DNA of 63,617 nt, counting the filler, from Stramenopiles sp. TOSAG23-6 (lineage: Eukaryota): assembly GCA_900128565.1 (NCBI GenBank). It is 11 parts of 11 records of this genome, joined end to end, with 100 filler letters (N's around TTAATTAATTAA, not from the genome) between each part and the next. Parts side by side here need not be neighbours in the genome. Positions count along the whole stretch, not along the records: positions 46,393 to 52,070 come from LT636854.1; positions 52,171 to 57,846 come from LT636855.1; 9 more parts are not named here. One strand, written 5' to 3'. The first letter of the stretch is position 1. Each line of letters opens with the position of its first letter. Both the position numbers and the translations under genes were made by a program. The notes beneath the pieces were generated by a model that was given only the letters and a program-made list of their open reading frames with translations, was not told where the DNA came from and made no database searches. Positions 46,397 to 57,946 of the stretch are shown here, piece after piece.

Positions 46397-49300
46397 ATGA
46401 AATTTGTTATTGCTAGTAATAATGGAGTTTCATCTATTTCAGCTCGTGATTTTACTACAGTTCCAGAAATTATTTTAATTTTAGATGGCATCGCTAAAGT
46501 ATCCAAACATGCATTATTGCCTCCTCGTGGTTATGATCGAAGAAATCGTAAAGCTCGAGCACGAATGACCATTAAAGATAAAGTGAAAGCAGATAAATCA
46601 ATATTACATGCGATATTTCCTGAGTCACATCCTTATCCACGTCCAACGGCAACAGCTGCTTCAGAAGTGGAAATAGGTTGGGGTCAATTGCAAGGTTTAA
46701 TCCGTTGGGCAGATCGTTGTATTTCAACAGATGTTACGTCTGTTTTATCCAATATTTCAAGCAATACCAGTAAAGAAGTTCCACTTTCTTCTGGAAAACA
46801 TAAAACTTTATGTGGTCTTGGTGCAGCTGCTTTATATGCTGTAGCTGCATCTATGCCTCCAAGAGACAATGATACAGAAACACCTGATCCTAGTTCTAAT
46901 CCTCCACCAATGACAAAATCTGTGCTTTTACAGAGTGTTATGAAATTAGTTGAAGCTGCACTTTTACCATCTGTTCAAGTGGAAGAAAATGATGATTCAT
47001 CAGATACAAAAAGTGTAGTTACTTGTATACCAATTAATATGAAATGGACTAGAGATTTAGCTCTTTATAAAGTAAAAGCACAATGTGAGATATATTTGAA
47101 TAATTTATCGAATGCATCACAAACATTAATTGCAGCAATTAGTGCGGCACATAAGAGTGCAAATGATGATGCAGTGAAAAAAGTAAATGAATCAAAAACA
47201 AAAAGTATTCAACAAAATAAAACAATTCGTAATAGTGGAAAATCTACATCTTCTAAAAGTAAGAAAAAACGTGGTACTGCAAAAGATGATAGTGAATATT
47301 CAGATACGAGTTCATCTAATGATGATGATGATGATGAGAAGGAATTAAATGAAGATAATATTGAAATTGAATTAGATGATAGACATGAACCTGCATTACC
47401 TACTCAAATATTACGTGAGAATGAAACTACTGAAGAGAGTAATCAATTGCAAGATCTTGGTCTTATTGGTATTGCTAGATGTGTTGTTGATGAGAAACTA
47501 CATTCAACAAATTCTAATGCAATGGATATTTCAGTGTCTCTGTTGGAGAATAAAACTATTTTAGGTGATAAACATCTAAATAAAATCGAAACCTTGCAAA
47601 TTCAGGAAGCTGTAATAGTCTTAGCAAAGATATGGCAAGATTTAGGTAGACATTCTTTAGCAAAATCTCTCGCATATCGTTATGGAATTACTGTTGAAAT
47701 TCACGAAGAAGGTTCAAAAAATGAAGATGGAAAACGTCGATCTCAATCATTATCATCAATAGGATCTATGGAATCAATATCTACATCATATTCGCTTTGT
47801 TTACCAGAGACATTATTCAAAGAAAATGCAAAAGCTATTCGCAGTTCAAGTAAAAAAGGACGATTAAGTAGATTAAATAGTGAAGCTTCTTCTAAAGCAT
47901 CAATTCCACGTTCTCGTAAAAATTCATTAGAAAAAGACGTTGAAAAAGCTACATATGATTGTAGTAAACAATTTGATCAAACACAAGTTTTATATAAGAA
48001 TGTTGTACCATGTCCTTTACGATGTCAATTTAATTGTGATCTCTTTACACTTGGTTGTGTTTGTCAACATTCGTACAAAACGAGTATACAATCTGTATAT
48101 CGAACTGCTCCTACTAGTGGTGGATCACTTGCTGCTTCAGCGGCGATGCGAGATATGGCTGCAGGTGATGCAACAGCCAAAGCGGAACGATTTTTATTAC
48201 CTTCGATAGAGTTATTAAAAGATCTTTGTTATACAGTACAATTATCCTATAGAAAGTCTCCTGCAACTCTTACAATACTGGAAGGAGATATAAATGAAGC
48301 ATCTACGCAATATGATTGTTTCCTCACATCAAAACGATTAAGTACATATGGTAAAGAAACATCATTACATCCGTCAAAAGTAGTGAAACTTCTTAAACAA
48401 GTATTTCGTGTTTTACAGTTACCTGAATGTAATCCAGAAGCAAATCAAGGTCGTTTAAATGGTGCAGAGAGACATCGTGAAGGTCGTAAAGATTCTTTAC
48501 TTATTTTACAATTAATACTACGAAGTTTTTCAAGAACAAAATTAGATTCCAAAGTAGAATTAGAAATTAGAAAACTTTTAATTTCAGCTGCATTAAGTAT
48601 GGGTCGAGACGAATTAGCTTTTGCACATTTGAGAGAAACAATTTTAAATTTTGCTGTTTTCCCTGTTGATACTGAATCGAGTAACTCTTCGAAAGGAACA
48701 TTGATGCTTGATAGAAAAAGCAAACTTGAAGTATGGCAATTATTTCCAAAAGTAATGTCCGCTCTTCTTCGTCGTCCTTCTTCGGGATCTTCAAAACCTA
48801 ATTCACAACGTATTTTGAAATTTATCAAAGCTATTCTTGATGTTAGTGAGAATCATCAATTTCCAGATATTTCCATTTTAAAAAATATTCTTGGACATCA
48901 TTATGCCTATACTCATCATTATATTCTTGCTTTAGGTAATTATTTTGATTTACGGTCTCATCTAAATCAATCTGATGATATTGATACTAATGATACTGAT
49001 GATTGGTTGAGTCGTGAAAAGATGCGCCAAAATGATAAAGAATCTACTGTAAATACAAGTAGTACTACTAGTGATAGTAATCAACCGGATGATTTTAATT
49101 TGCAAACGTTTTCAGNAAATACAAAACTAGAAAAAGAGACTTTAAGAAAAAGAGCTTTAAATTCATTACTCATTTCAGTATCTATATTAGCTTTAGTGAG
49201 ACATAAAAAATTAAAATCTAGACACAAAACTGTCGTTGATACATTTGCTCATTTATCAGAATATCGTATGTTACGTTTGGGTTCAGTTGGATCATCAGAT

Positions 49301-49570
49301 GCAACTACTATTGATCCTGTTGAGCAAGAAATTATTAATATAGAAGTGGCTTATAATTGCGGACGTTCATTTCAACAATTAGGTCTTAATAATCTTGCAC
49401 AAAGTTGCTATATTAAAGCATTAAATGTAAAAGAAACTCCAAGAAAGAACAATGATACTTGTCGTTCCTCTTTAAAAAGAGAATGTGCATATAATTTATC
49501 TTTATTATATAAGCGTAGTGGTTGTAATTCTCTTGCTATTGAAGTTTTGAAGAAATATTTTAAAAACTAA
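46397..49570 (+). CDS. GTF3C3: TFIIIC TPR subunit (Tfc4/GTF3C3)-like, 5'-truncated, with long insertions
   Basis: C-terminal EVAYNCGRSFQQLGL..LA...Y.KAL and LKRECAYNLSLLYKRSG...A..VL.KY. Confidence 0.78.
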   Translation: MKFVIASNNGVSSISARDFTTVPEIILILDGIAKVSKHALLPPRGYDRRNRKARARMTIKDKVKADKSILHAIFPESHPYPRPTATAASEVEIGWGQLQGLIRWADRCISTDVTSVLSNISSNTSKEVPLSSGKHKTLCGLGAAALYAVAASMPPRDNDTETPDPSSNPPPMTKSVLLQSVMKLVEAALLPSVQVEENDDSSDTKSVVTCIPINMKWTRDLALYKVKAQCEIYLNNLSNASQTLIAAISAAHKSANDDAVKKVNESKTKSIQQNKTIRNSGKSTSSKSKKKRGTAKDDSEYSDTSSSNDDDDDEKELNEDNIEIELDDRHEPALPTQILRENETTEESNQLQDLGLIGIARCVVDEKLHSTNSNAMDISVSLLENKTILGDKHLNKIETLQIQEAVIVLAKIWQDLGRHSLAKSLAYRYGITVEIHEEGSKNEDGKRRSQSLSSIGSMESISTSYSLCLPETLFKENAKAIRSSSKKGRLSRLNSEASSKASIPRSRKNSLEKDVEKATYDCSKQFDQTQVLYKNVVPCPLRCQFNCDLFTLGCVCQHSYKTSIQSVYRTAPTSGGSLAASAAMRDMAAGDATAKAERFLLPSIELLKDLCYTVQLSYRKSPATLTILEGDINEASTQYDCFLTSKRLSTYGKETSLHPSKVVKLLKQVFRVLQLPECNPEANQGRLNGAERHREGRKDSLLILQLILRSFSRTKLDSKVELEIRKLLISAALSMGRDELAFAHLRETILNFAVFPVDTESSNSSKGTLMLDRKSKLEVWQLFPKVMSALLRRPSSGSSKPNSQRILKFIKAILDVSENHQFPDISILKNILGHHYAYTHHYILALGNYFDLRSHLNQSDDIDTNDTDDWLSREKMRQNDKESTVNTSSTTSDSNQPDDFNLQTFSXNTKLEKETLRKRALNSLLISVSILALVRHKKLKSRHKTVVDTFAHLSEYRMLRLGSVGSSDATTIDPVEQEIINIEVAYNCGRSFQQLGLNNLAQSCYIKALNVKETPRKNNDTCRSSLKRECAYNLSLLYKRSGCNSLAIEVLKKYFKN

Positions 49571-49848
49571 AATGTTTACAGTCGTTATTGAGTAATTCAT
49601 AAAATATTGTAGAGAATTTGTAGAATAAACATTTCATATCATTTTTCTTTTTGTTTCACTTTTACTGTTTAAAACGAATGGTTTATATATATACTATCTA
49701 TCTTTGAATACAATAAAGCATACACTAATGTAGATTTCAAAAAATGTTTCATTAAAAATAAAAAAAAAAAAAAAAAAAAAAAACAAAAAAATTTGTTTTA
49801 CATTTTATTAAAAATAGAATATGAGGATTGTTCTACATTGTTACATTG

Positions 49849-51033
49849 TTACTTTACAACAACAGACCAGCCGTTTGGACATTCTTCATCACCATACTGT
49901 ATGGCAGTTAACTTTTCTAGTACAAATCTTGAGAAATTTCCCATTGCACCATCGTCTCCAGTAGGGACTGAAAATACTTCATCTTTATACGTGATTGCCT
50001 TGACCGGACTAACAACAGCTGCAGTACCACAACCAAATGCTTCGATGACACGTCCATCGTTTATCGCTTCGGTTAATTCAGCCATATTAAAAATACGTTC
50101 AGTGATTTCAAATTCACCTAAAGAGTGTGCTAAATCAATGACTGAACGACGCGTTACACCAGGTAATATCGTACCATCTAATGGAGCAGTGATTAATTCT
50201 TTTCCTGATCCATCTTTTTTTTCCCATAAAACAAAAAAGTTCATGACACCTACTTCAGTCACTTGATGATCATCACCAAATAACCATAAGATTTGAGAAA
50301 ATCCTTTTGCACCTGCTTTTGTTTGGGGGCCTATTGAAGCCCCATAATTTCCTCCAATTTTTATATCACCCGTTCCACCAGGCCATGCACGGACGTGTTT
50401 TTCATCAGCTAAGAGATGGACTGGTTTAATTCCAGCTGCAAAATATGGCCCAACGGGACACATGATACAAAATAACTTTGTATGCATAGATGCACTTACA
50501 CCCAATGTATTTTGTAGAGATATTGCAGCAGGTCGAATATATAGGGAGAATCCCTTTTCATTTGGTATCCATTCTTTGTCCATGAGTAATAGTTGTTTAA
50601 TACACTCAAGAAACTCTGGTCCTTCAAATGATGGCATATGCATACGTTCCATTGATGAATTTAATCTCACCATGTTTAACTCTGGACGGAACAAGCGAAT
50701 ATCACCTGCATCATCCTTGTATGCTTTCATTCCTTCGAAACACTGAAGACCATAGTGCAAAGCACTCGCAGCTGGTGAAATGGCCATATCTCCATAAGGT
50801 TTAATACGAGGTGTGTGCCAACCATTTTCAGCATTCCATTCAACTTCTAACATATGATCCGTGAAGACTTTACCAAATTGTAAAGTTTCATTTTTTGGTC
50901 TTGCTTTTGGAGCCTGTGTTCGCCTTACTTCGAGCTTGGAACTATCAAGCGAAGCTAATTGTTGGTTCGGCGTTCTAGATGAAAATAGTCTGTGTCCTCT
51001 CAATAGTTGTCGTCCACGGAATAAAAGAGACAT
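49849..51033 (-). CDS. BCAT: Branched-chain amino acid aminotransferase, mitochondrial-type
   Basis: FGKVFTDHML, LHYGLQCFEGMKAY, RAWPGGTG..KIGGNY, ILPGVTR and FGCGTAAVV. Confidence 0.97.
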   Translation of the reverse strand: MSLLFRGRQLLRGHRLFSSRTPNQQLASLDSSKLEVRRTQAPKARPKNETLQFGKVFTDHMLEVEWNAENGWHTPRIKPYGDMAISPAASALHYGLQCFEGMKAYKDDAGDIRLFRPELNMVRLNSSMERMHMPSFEGPEFLECIKQLLLMDKEWIPNEKGFSLYIRPAAISLQNTLGVSASMHTKLFCIMCPVGPYFAAGIKPVHLLADEKHVRAWPGGTGDIKIGGNYGASIGPQTKAGAKGFSQILWLFGDDHQVTEVGVMNFFVLWEKKDGSGKELITAPLDGTILPGVTRRSVIDLAHSLGEFEITERIFNMAELTEAINDGRVIEAFGCGTAAVVSPVKAITYKDEVFSVPTGDDGAMGNFSRFVLEKLTAIQYGDEECPNGWSVVVK

Positions 51034-51312
51034 TAATCTACGCAAATGATCGAGATAATATAGCAGAAAATAAGATCTGTACTTTTCAGTATCCTTTCTA
51101 CCTTTTAGAAATTGCTCCGAGTTATTTTCAATTGTGTTTCTATTTTAAGGATTTCAATTTTCAACATGTGATTTTAACGTAACATTTTGAAAGTCAGGCA
51201 CTTTTTAAATTTTTAAAGGTGTAATAAACGATTTGACAGTGTACAAACGAATACTAGGGTTAGGGTTTATTTTATTTTCTATATTATTTTGTATATTATT
51301 TTGTTAAATAAA

Positions 51313-52070
51313 TTATGAATGTGAAACTGGGGGTGGAGGCCCCTTCATTTCTGATTCATCGACTGGTTTAATACCATGAAAACGATCATAATTAATATGA
51401 CATGCACCTTTAATTCTTTGAACACAACTGACAAAATCATGATCCCAAAAAACTTCACATTGACCTTTTTTATCGAATTTATCTTCAACGTATTGTGAAA
51501 AATTATTTAAAATTTTTTTTTGAAAATTCGTTAGGTACAAAATTTCGTATNNNNNNNNNNNNNNNNNNNNNNNNNNNNNNNNNNNNNNNNNNNNNNNNNN
51601 NNNNNNNNNNNNNNNNNNNNNNNNNNNNNNNNNNNNNNNNNNNNNNNNNNNNNNNNNNNNNNNNNNNNNNNNNNNNNNNNNNNNNNNNNNNNNNNNNNNN
51701 NNNNNNNNNNNNNNNNNNNNNNNNNNNNNNNNNNNNNNNNNNNNNNNNNNNNNAAAAAGGTCAATGTGAAGTTTTTTGGGATCATGATTTTCATCTTTTT
51801 TTTTAGAATGTACATTTAAATGTACATTTAAATGATTTATTGAAGAATGTTTCACTTGTTGATATTCGACACCACCTTGTTCACCTTCTTTTTCAATATG
51901 TCTTTGTAAACATTCTTTAGAAGGAAAAGGTTCTCCATTTGTAGTACTAATGGTTTGAACATCATGTACTGTGAAATATATTGTGTTTTTTTGTTAGGTA
52001 CAAAATTTTTCAAAAAAAATAATTCGATTTTTTTGTAAAAAAAAAAATAAAACATACATGCCCACTAATT
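51313..52070 (-). CDS. Hypothetical protein, 3' fragment; family intron 51964-52057 and a second one ending CAATACGT| near 51489
   Basis: Open frames flank the family introns; interrupted by an N gap. Confidence 0.45.
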
Positions 52071-52222
52071 NNNNNNNNNNNNNNNNNNNNNNNNNNNNNN
52101 NNNNNNNNNNNNNNTTAATTAATTAANNNNNNNNNNNNNNNNNNNNNNNNNNNNNNNNNNNNNNNNNNNNGTACAAAATTTCGTACGAAAAAAAATCGAA
52201 TTTGAAAAAAAATAAAACATAC

Positions 52223-53060
52223 ATGTTCTACTATTGCCAGTATCACAGTGAATATACAGCCGTTCGCCTGCTCGTGTATAACTGGCGAGATCACCTACAA
52301 ACGAAGCTAATTCTTTAGAATCTGGAACAGCGTCACCCGAAGGTGGAATTGGGAGAGAAAACATTTTAATTTCCGTTTGAATACCCAAACGTCTCGCAAT
52401 TTCATTAGCCTTTTCAATATAAGCACGGGTGTTTCTTGGACCAGTTGCCATATATTCTTTACGTTTAACAGATGATTTATTTGTTTTAGAAGCTCCTTCA
52501 AGCTCTTCTTCTAAACAAATGAAAACTCGTAGACCATTTTTGAGAATGTTTATAAGGTCTTCTTTCAACTGGTTCATATTTCCATTAATACCAGGGTGGG
52601 GACCTAGTAAAATGTGCCCTTTTACTAACCAATTTGTTTTTGGAAATGGTCCACGCATATTTGCGTACAAATTTCCTAGTGGAGGAAGAAGACTATTATT
52701 TTGACGTGCTCGTATATCTTCTTTCTCTACGATATTATTTCGGCTGAACAATTCTTTTTCGGCAGCTACTGCTCTTTGTTCTTGTTGCCGAAGTCTATCT
52801 TCAAGCATGAACATATCCTTACATTCCGATACTAGATGAGGATATTTTGCATATGTGAATGGTATTGATGGAGGTCTATCGGATTCTTTTCTCAAGCTTG
52901 CATTTGCAGCCTCTGTCCTAGCTTCAGCAATTTTAATTTTTTGTTGAACAATTTCACGGTTTTTTCCAAAGCTACTTTCACCACCAAAATTTTCTTTTGA
53001 TAAATGGGAAACGATATGGGGTGCTTTTGCATGATGTTGTTGTGACATCCAAACAACCAT
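52223..53060 (-). CDS. Protein tyrosine/dual-specificity phosphatase-like protein, 3'-truncated
   Basis: NWLVKGHILLGPHP, FICL and LYIHCDTGNSRT (CX5R). Confidence 0.8.
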
Positions 53061-54043
53061 TAATAGTATACGTCTTTAATGTATTCGCTAATATGGAAAA
53101 GATTCTTATAATGCAAGGATCTCAAATCTCTCTCAAATATCCCAAGATCGAAAGAGGCGTAATTTATAACGGATAATCTAAATCATTTTATTTCTATTAT
53201 TTATTTTTTTTTGCGGCCAATATAAGCAGCTTTGTGTCGAGTTTGAAAAAAAAAAACTCCAGCGGAGCTATATATAATGCCTTCTAATTCAATGAATACA
53301 GAGACGTTTTACATGCGACATCGACGAGGTTGCAAAGAGGCTGCCATTCTACTATGCCACTAAAGCATTGAAGAAACGTCGCAATAATGTAGAGGTTACA
53401 CGCACTTGAAGGCAAACCCTGGTTACCCGGTAATGCATGACCGCGCCGTTTCTGGTCAAAAAAATCTTTTTTTTGTACCGTACTATCTGAAATTTGTAAA
53501 AAAAAATTAAAGATTTAATGGTCAAAAAAATCTTTTTTTTGTACCGTATGGTATCTGACAAGATATCAAACAATTAAACAGTTGAGAAGATTGGACATCA
53601 ATCTTTCGCTATTGATCCACATAATAAAAAGTATACCCCACACAGACCGCTATTCCAACATGTTGTTTTTAGACGCAGAACATTGGCACACTAGTCGATA
53701 TACTCATGCAGCTTTCGTGGGCGTGTGTATCATTTGTTTTTGTAATTTGGTCGGTCCCATTGACGCTATCATTTCTCTCCCATTTTATATAAAGTATGTT
53801 GTTAACCATGAAAGACGTAAAAAAGAGTTGTTGGAAGGAGAAGTTGCAGGGAGAAACCCCGAATAACCAAACCCTGTTGAGAAAAACAGAATTTGCGTCC
53901 AATAACCTATTTTCAAGTACGAAATTTGTAAAAAAAAATTAAAGATTTAAGAAATTTATAAACCAGATTTCCAACAAATAAGAATGTTTCCCCAATACAC
54001 TTCAACGCAATATCTCAATTTATATAACGCAAATTAAACTTTC

Positions 54044-55390
54044 TTAGCCTTTGTGATAAATCTCAGGTTCCGAAGGACAAGCTACTGTGTATCTGCAATC
54101 ATTCCAGACCCACATGTTAGATGCCCACTTTTCACCTTTCAAGACAGGACACCCGGAATGCAGAGAACGCTCATCTAATTTCCCATTTGGTAATTGGTTA
54201 TAGAAAAGAAGAGCTGACCCTTTTTTAGGTCTCACGGAAAGAACCCCGCTATAGCATAATTCGGCAAGCGAATTTTCCCACCCTTCTTGACCTTTGTTGG
54301 CTAAATCGACTTCAGGTTTTTGTTTCATTTCGTTGTAAGATTCTCTTGCCTTTGCTGACATTCCAATTTTATCTTTCACCTCTTGTGACATTTTTGAAGT
54401 ATCCGCTTTTGGAAACATAGTTTGCCCCCCCGCACCTTCTTCGACATCACTTAGGTATAGAAAAACTGTAGCAAAACGATTCGACCCACCTGTTTGAGGG
54501 TCAAAGTTATGCGTTCCTGATGCAACAGGTGTTCCAATTGCAAAGAAATCGGTATGAACATTATATCCTTGAGTATGCTGGTAACGGAGAATCTGTAAGC
54601 CATCAGCAAGAGGTTCCTTATATGGAATCCTCAAGAGTTCGAAAGATCGTCTCTTTACTCTTCTCGCAGTCTCTGACTGAATATCAAATGCATTGTTACT
54701 GGTGCGATCAGTTGCAAAATTTTTTCTTGTCCCTTCCTTCCAATGTTCTGGACCGACAGTTGACTTTTGAAGTTTATGAGGATTTGAAGGATCTGTTGCA
54801 CGTTTAATTAGAACTTTCATTTCTTGATCAGACAAAAAGTTTTCAACAAAAAAAGTACGGGGAAATTCAGTCAGAACTTGTAATTTAATTGGTTCATTGG
54901 TAGGTGTATCAATATTAGGAACCTCAAATATATCTCCCATTTTTTTTTGGGGCCAAAAGAAATGTTCATTGCGGCCTTTAGGCGTGGTATAGAGGATGTC
55001 CTCATCTGCAAAGTCATCACAAGACGTGATCCAGAGACCAGTAGCGGTAAAATATTTTTCTGGCCAAGTACGCGTATCACATCTTAATTTTGTTAGAGAA
55101 AAGGGTTTCGCATGTGCTTCAGTTTGAGCTCCATTTGGCAGGAGTCTTACCATCTTAAACTTAGAAAAATTTGACGTTATTGAAAACAATTTCTCACGGG
55201 ACTCCTTTAACGAACGGACGAACTCAGGAATCGGATTTACGATAGGAGTAACGCAGCTACAAGCTAATCCTATAAAAAATAAGCATGTTACATATAATGG
55301 GTTTAACTGGTGTTCCTTTGACTTACCTTTATTCTTAATCTTATTTTTAATTGCGTTGTCTTCATTCTGATCTTTCATCATTAGGGTCAT
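54044..55390 (-). CDS. Prolyl 4-hydroxylase alpha-like 2OG-Fe(II) oxygenase
   Basis: NFLSDQE, RTS, LQILRY...Y..HTD, NRFATVFLYLSDV and SLHSGCPVLKGEKW. Confidence 0.93.
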   Translation of the reverse strand: MTLMMKDQNEDNAIKNKIKNKGKSKEHQLNPLYVTCLFFIGLACSCVTPIVNPIPEFVRSLKESREKLFSITSNFSKFKMVRLLPNGAQTEAHAKPFSLTKLRCDTRTWPEKYFTATGLWITSCDDFADEDILYTTPKGRNEHFFWPQKKMGDIFEVPNIDTPTNEPIKLQVLTEFPRTFFVENFLSDQEMKVLIKRATDPSNPHKLQKSTVGPEHWKEGTRKNFATDRTSNNAFDIQSETARRVKRRSFELLRIPYKEPLADGLQILRYQHTQGYNVHTDFFAIGTPVASGTHNFDPQTGGSNRFATVFLYLSDVEEGAGGQTMFPKADTSKMSQEVKDKIGMSAKARESYNEMKQKPEVDLANKGQEGWENSLAELCYSGVLSVRPKKGSALLFYNQLPNGKLDERSLHSGCPVLKGEKWASNMWVWNDCRYTVACPSEPEIYHKG

Positions 55391-55698
55391 CTACGCGCCT
55401 GGCGATTTACCGGTCCTTTCGTATATGACTCTCCGATCTCTGAAAAAAATCGAATTTCAAAATTTTCTTGCGGTTTTTGGTTGGTTGGTTCCGTGCGCGT
55501 GAACAAAATATCTTCGCTCCTCTCTTGTTTATAAAAATAATACTCTACTACTACGTCTATATAATACGAATCCTAGCTAGTACGTACATAGTAGCTTAGG
55601 TATAGGATATTAAATCTCAACCGAGAAATCTACCCATCAAGGTTTTGATCTCGTATTTTCTTTTCCATTAATCTGTATCATATAAATTATTATATATT

Positions 55699-57043
55699 AT
55701 GAGTGCAGCTCCTCCATTACCACCGGGTCTTACACAAACTATTGAACTACAAACTTCTGTGGAATCATCTGCAAGTAATTCTAAAGTTGCGTCTCTTGAA
55801 ATTCTCGTGAAGCAACTAAAGTCAGAGAATGCTAGCTTGAAACTGAAATTAAAAGCTTCACAACGAGAGATAAGTAGACTGTCTAAAACATTGTCAAGAA
55901 AAACACCCCTAAAGAAATCTTCTTCAAAAATAAAGACTCCCGTGAATGGGAAAAATTCAACCCCCGTTGGACAGAGGCTTCCTGGTTCAAAATCCAAAAA
56001 GCTCAGCCATATAAAGTCTCGTTTGTTGCAGCCAACTGCATCAACAAAAACACGAGCAATGAAAGATGCAGAGAAAAAAAAACGTGAAGACGCTGAGGCA
56101 TTGACATATGTACGTTTTCATATTTAATTTTAAATTTATTTTTTTGTACTACATCTAAAATTTTCGTGTACCTAACAAATCTCATACTGTAAAACATATT
56201 GTTTCCAACGCATGACTTCCAGCCTAAAATTTTCACAAAGAAAAAAGGTCAAAGTGTAACCAAACGTAACCCAGAGACTTTTAAACGACTCTTTGAGCAA
56301 GCCGCGATTCGAGATGAACGTCAGAAGCTAGCTCAGGCGGAAAATGAAGCAAAAAAATTGGATGGCTGTACTTTTGCGCCTACTACTTCGAGTGTGACTA
56401 AAACAAATTCTGCTGTTTTCTCTCGTTTGTATGAAAACAAAACTAAGTCCGTGCCTTTAAGTATCTCCAAAGATTTGTCTGAGTGTACATTTCAACCAAA
56501 TTTGAATAAAACTAATTCAAAACCTAACCGAGAGAATCCAGAGAAAGTTTCTTCACGTTTATATGAGGATGCAAGCGAAAAACGAAAAAGATTGACGGAA
56601 ATGAAGGCTGCAGATGATGCTAAAAAGGAGGAAGTTTTACGAGAATTGCATGTATGTTTTATTTTTTTTTTAACAAAAAAATCGATTTTTTTTCGTACGA
56701 AATTGTGTACCTAACAAATTTAGTTTTTTTTTTGAAATATTTTTCCAAAATACATACTTCCTCAGTCCATTATGGAAAAAAAATAGATACTCTAAAGCTA
56801 AGCAACAGACTTCACGAAGATGCTGCGAAAAAAACTGAGGAAAGAGAAAAAGTTACAATATCAAATATACCAAAACCTCTCAAAAATAGAACAAAAGAGG
56901 ATGTTGATGAGGTTGTGAAGAGACTCCACAATACACCCTTAATTGGGAAGCAATTACAAGAAGAAGCTGAATGGATCGGAAACACAAATGAGAAAGACAT
57001 TACAAATAGAGCTGATTCTCCTGAATTTGAGGCATTTGAGTAA
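55699..57043 (+). CDS. Coiled-coil protein with CTFxP / RLYE repeats; family introns 56110-56213 and 56652-56755
   Basis: Three exons join in phase; repeats GCTFAP, ECTFQP and SRLYE. The first intron also has an in-frame AG 9 nt downstream. Confidence 0.78.
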
Positions 57044-57322
57044 ATGCGTTGGCAGCACTCAGTAAATTCGAATTTCTTTAGATACTAAATTTGGTCCAGA
57101 TGCAATTTCGAATCGAATGGATCAAGTGAAAACCCTGTATTAAATTTGAGAAAGTGCATTTATTAAATTTGAATTTTCGTGTTTTCGTGTTTTTTTCGCC
57201 TTTTTTTTATTGATACGTAACGTAACCGCTACGGTAAAAATGTATCAATATATCTACTATAAACTCACATAGGACTAGCTAGCAGAAGTACAGTTTATTT
57301 TTAGAATAGAACAGCAGAGAAT

Positions 57323-57834
57323 ATGATGATGCAACCACAAGTTGTTCCATCTGCTCCACAATATAATGCACAAGCTTTCAATCCACAAGTTGCTCCGTAT
57401 AATCCGGCAGTTTATAATCCAAATATACACAGCAACAACACCATGCTGCAACTCAANNNNNNNNNNNNNNNNNNNNNNNNNNNNNNAATTTCGTGGTCAA
57501 CAAGCGCGTATGCAAATGAGGACGCAGTATCCAGGATATTCTATGCCAGGAAACTATGGCCAGTCAGTTGTGATGCATCAACAACAAACCCAAATGCAAA
57601 GAATGGATAGACGTCTCCCACCGGCTGCTAGAGTATCGCCAATGCAAGGACGTATGTCTCAGGCACAACATGGGTGTTGTGTTTGGTATGGGATGGAGGG
57701 TTGTCCCTGCTGCTATTGTGGCAATCTATGGAGATGCAATCAGGATATTATTTGTATGTTTCCTATTTTGTGCTGCTGTTGTATCCCGATTTGTTTTCCG
57801 TTCTATTGGAAAGCTGCGTTAGGATTTGAGTCGG
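57323..57834 (+). CDS. Gln/Pro-rich protein with Cys-rich hydrophobic C-terminal region, truncated
   Basis: QPQ/YNP-rich start and CC-rich segment; canonical GTAAGT donor near the contig end. Confidence 0.55.
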
Positions 57835-57946
57835 GTAAGTTTTATANNNNNNNNNNNNNNNNNNNNNNNNNNNNNNNNNNNNNNNNNNNNTTAATTAATT
57901 AANNNNNNNNNNNNNNNNNNNNNNNNNNNNNNNNNNNNNNNNNNNN

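Noticed and set aside
51433-51791. 38-bp inverted repeat around an N gap
   Set aside because: One arm directly abuts the scaffold gap, so it is most likely an assembly artefact.
51313-53060. One gene spanning 51313-53060
   Set aside because: It crosses the linker at 52071-52170.
575-56755. Systematic G-to-T sequencing error explaining AT acceptors
   Set aside because: It occurs at 28 sites on both strands only at this position and matches the flanking AT duplication. A read check is still advisable.
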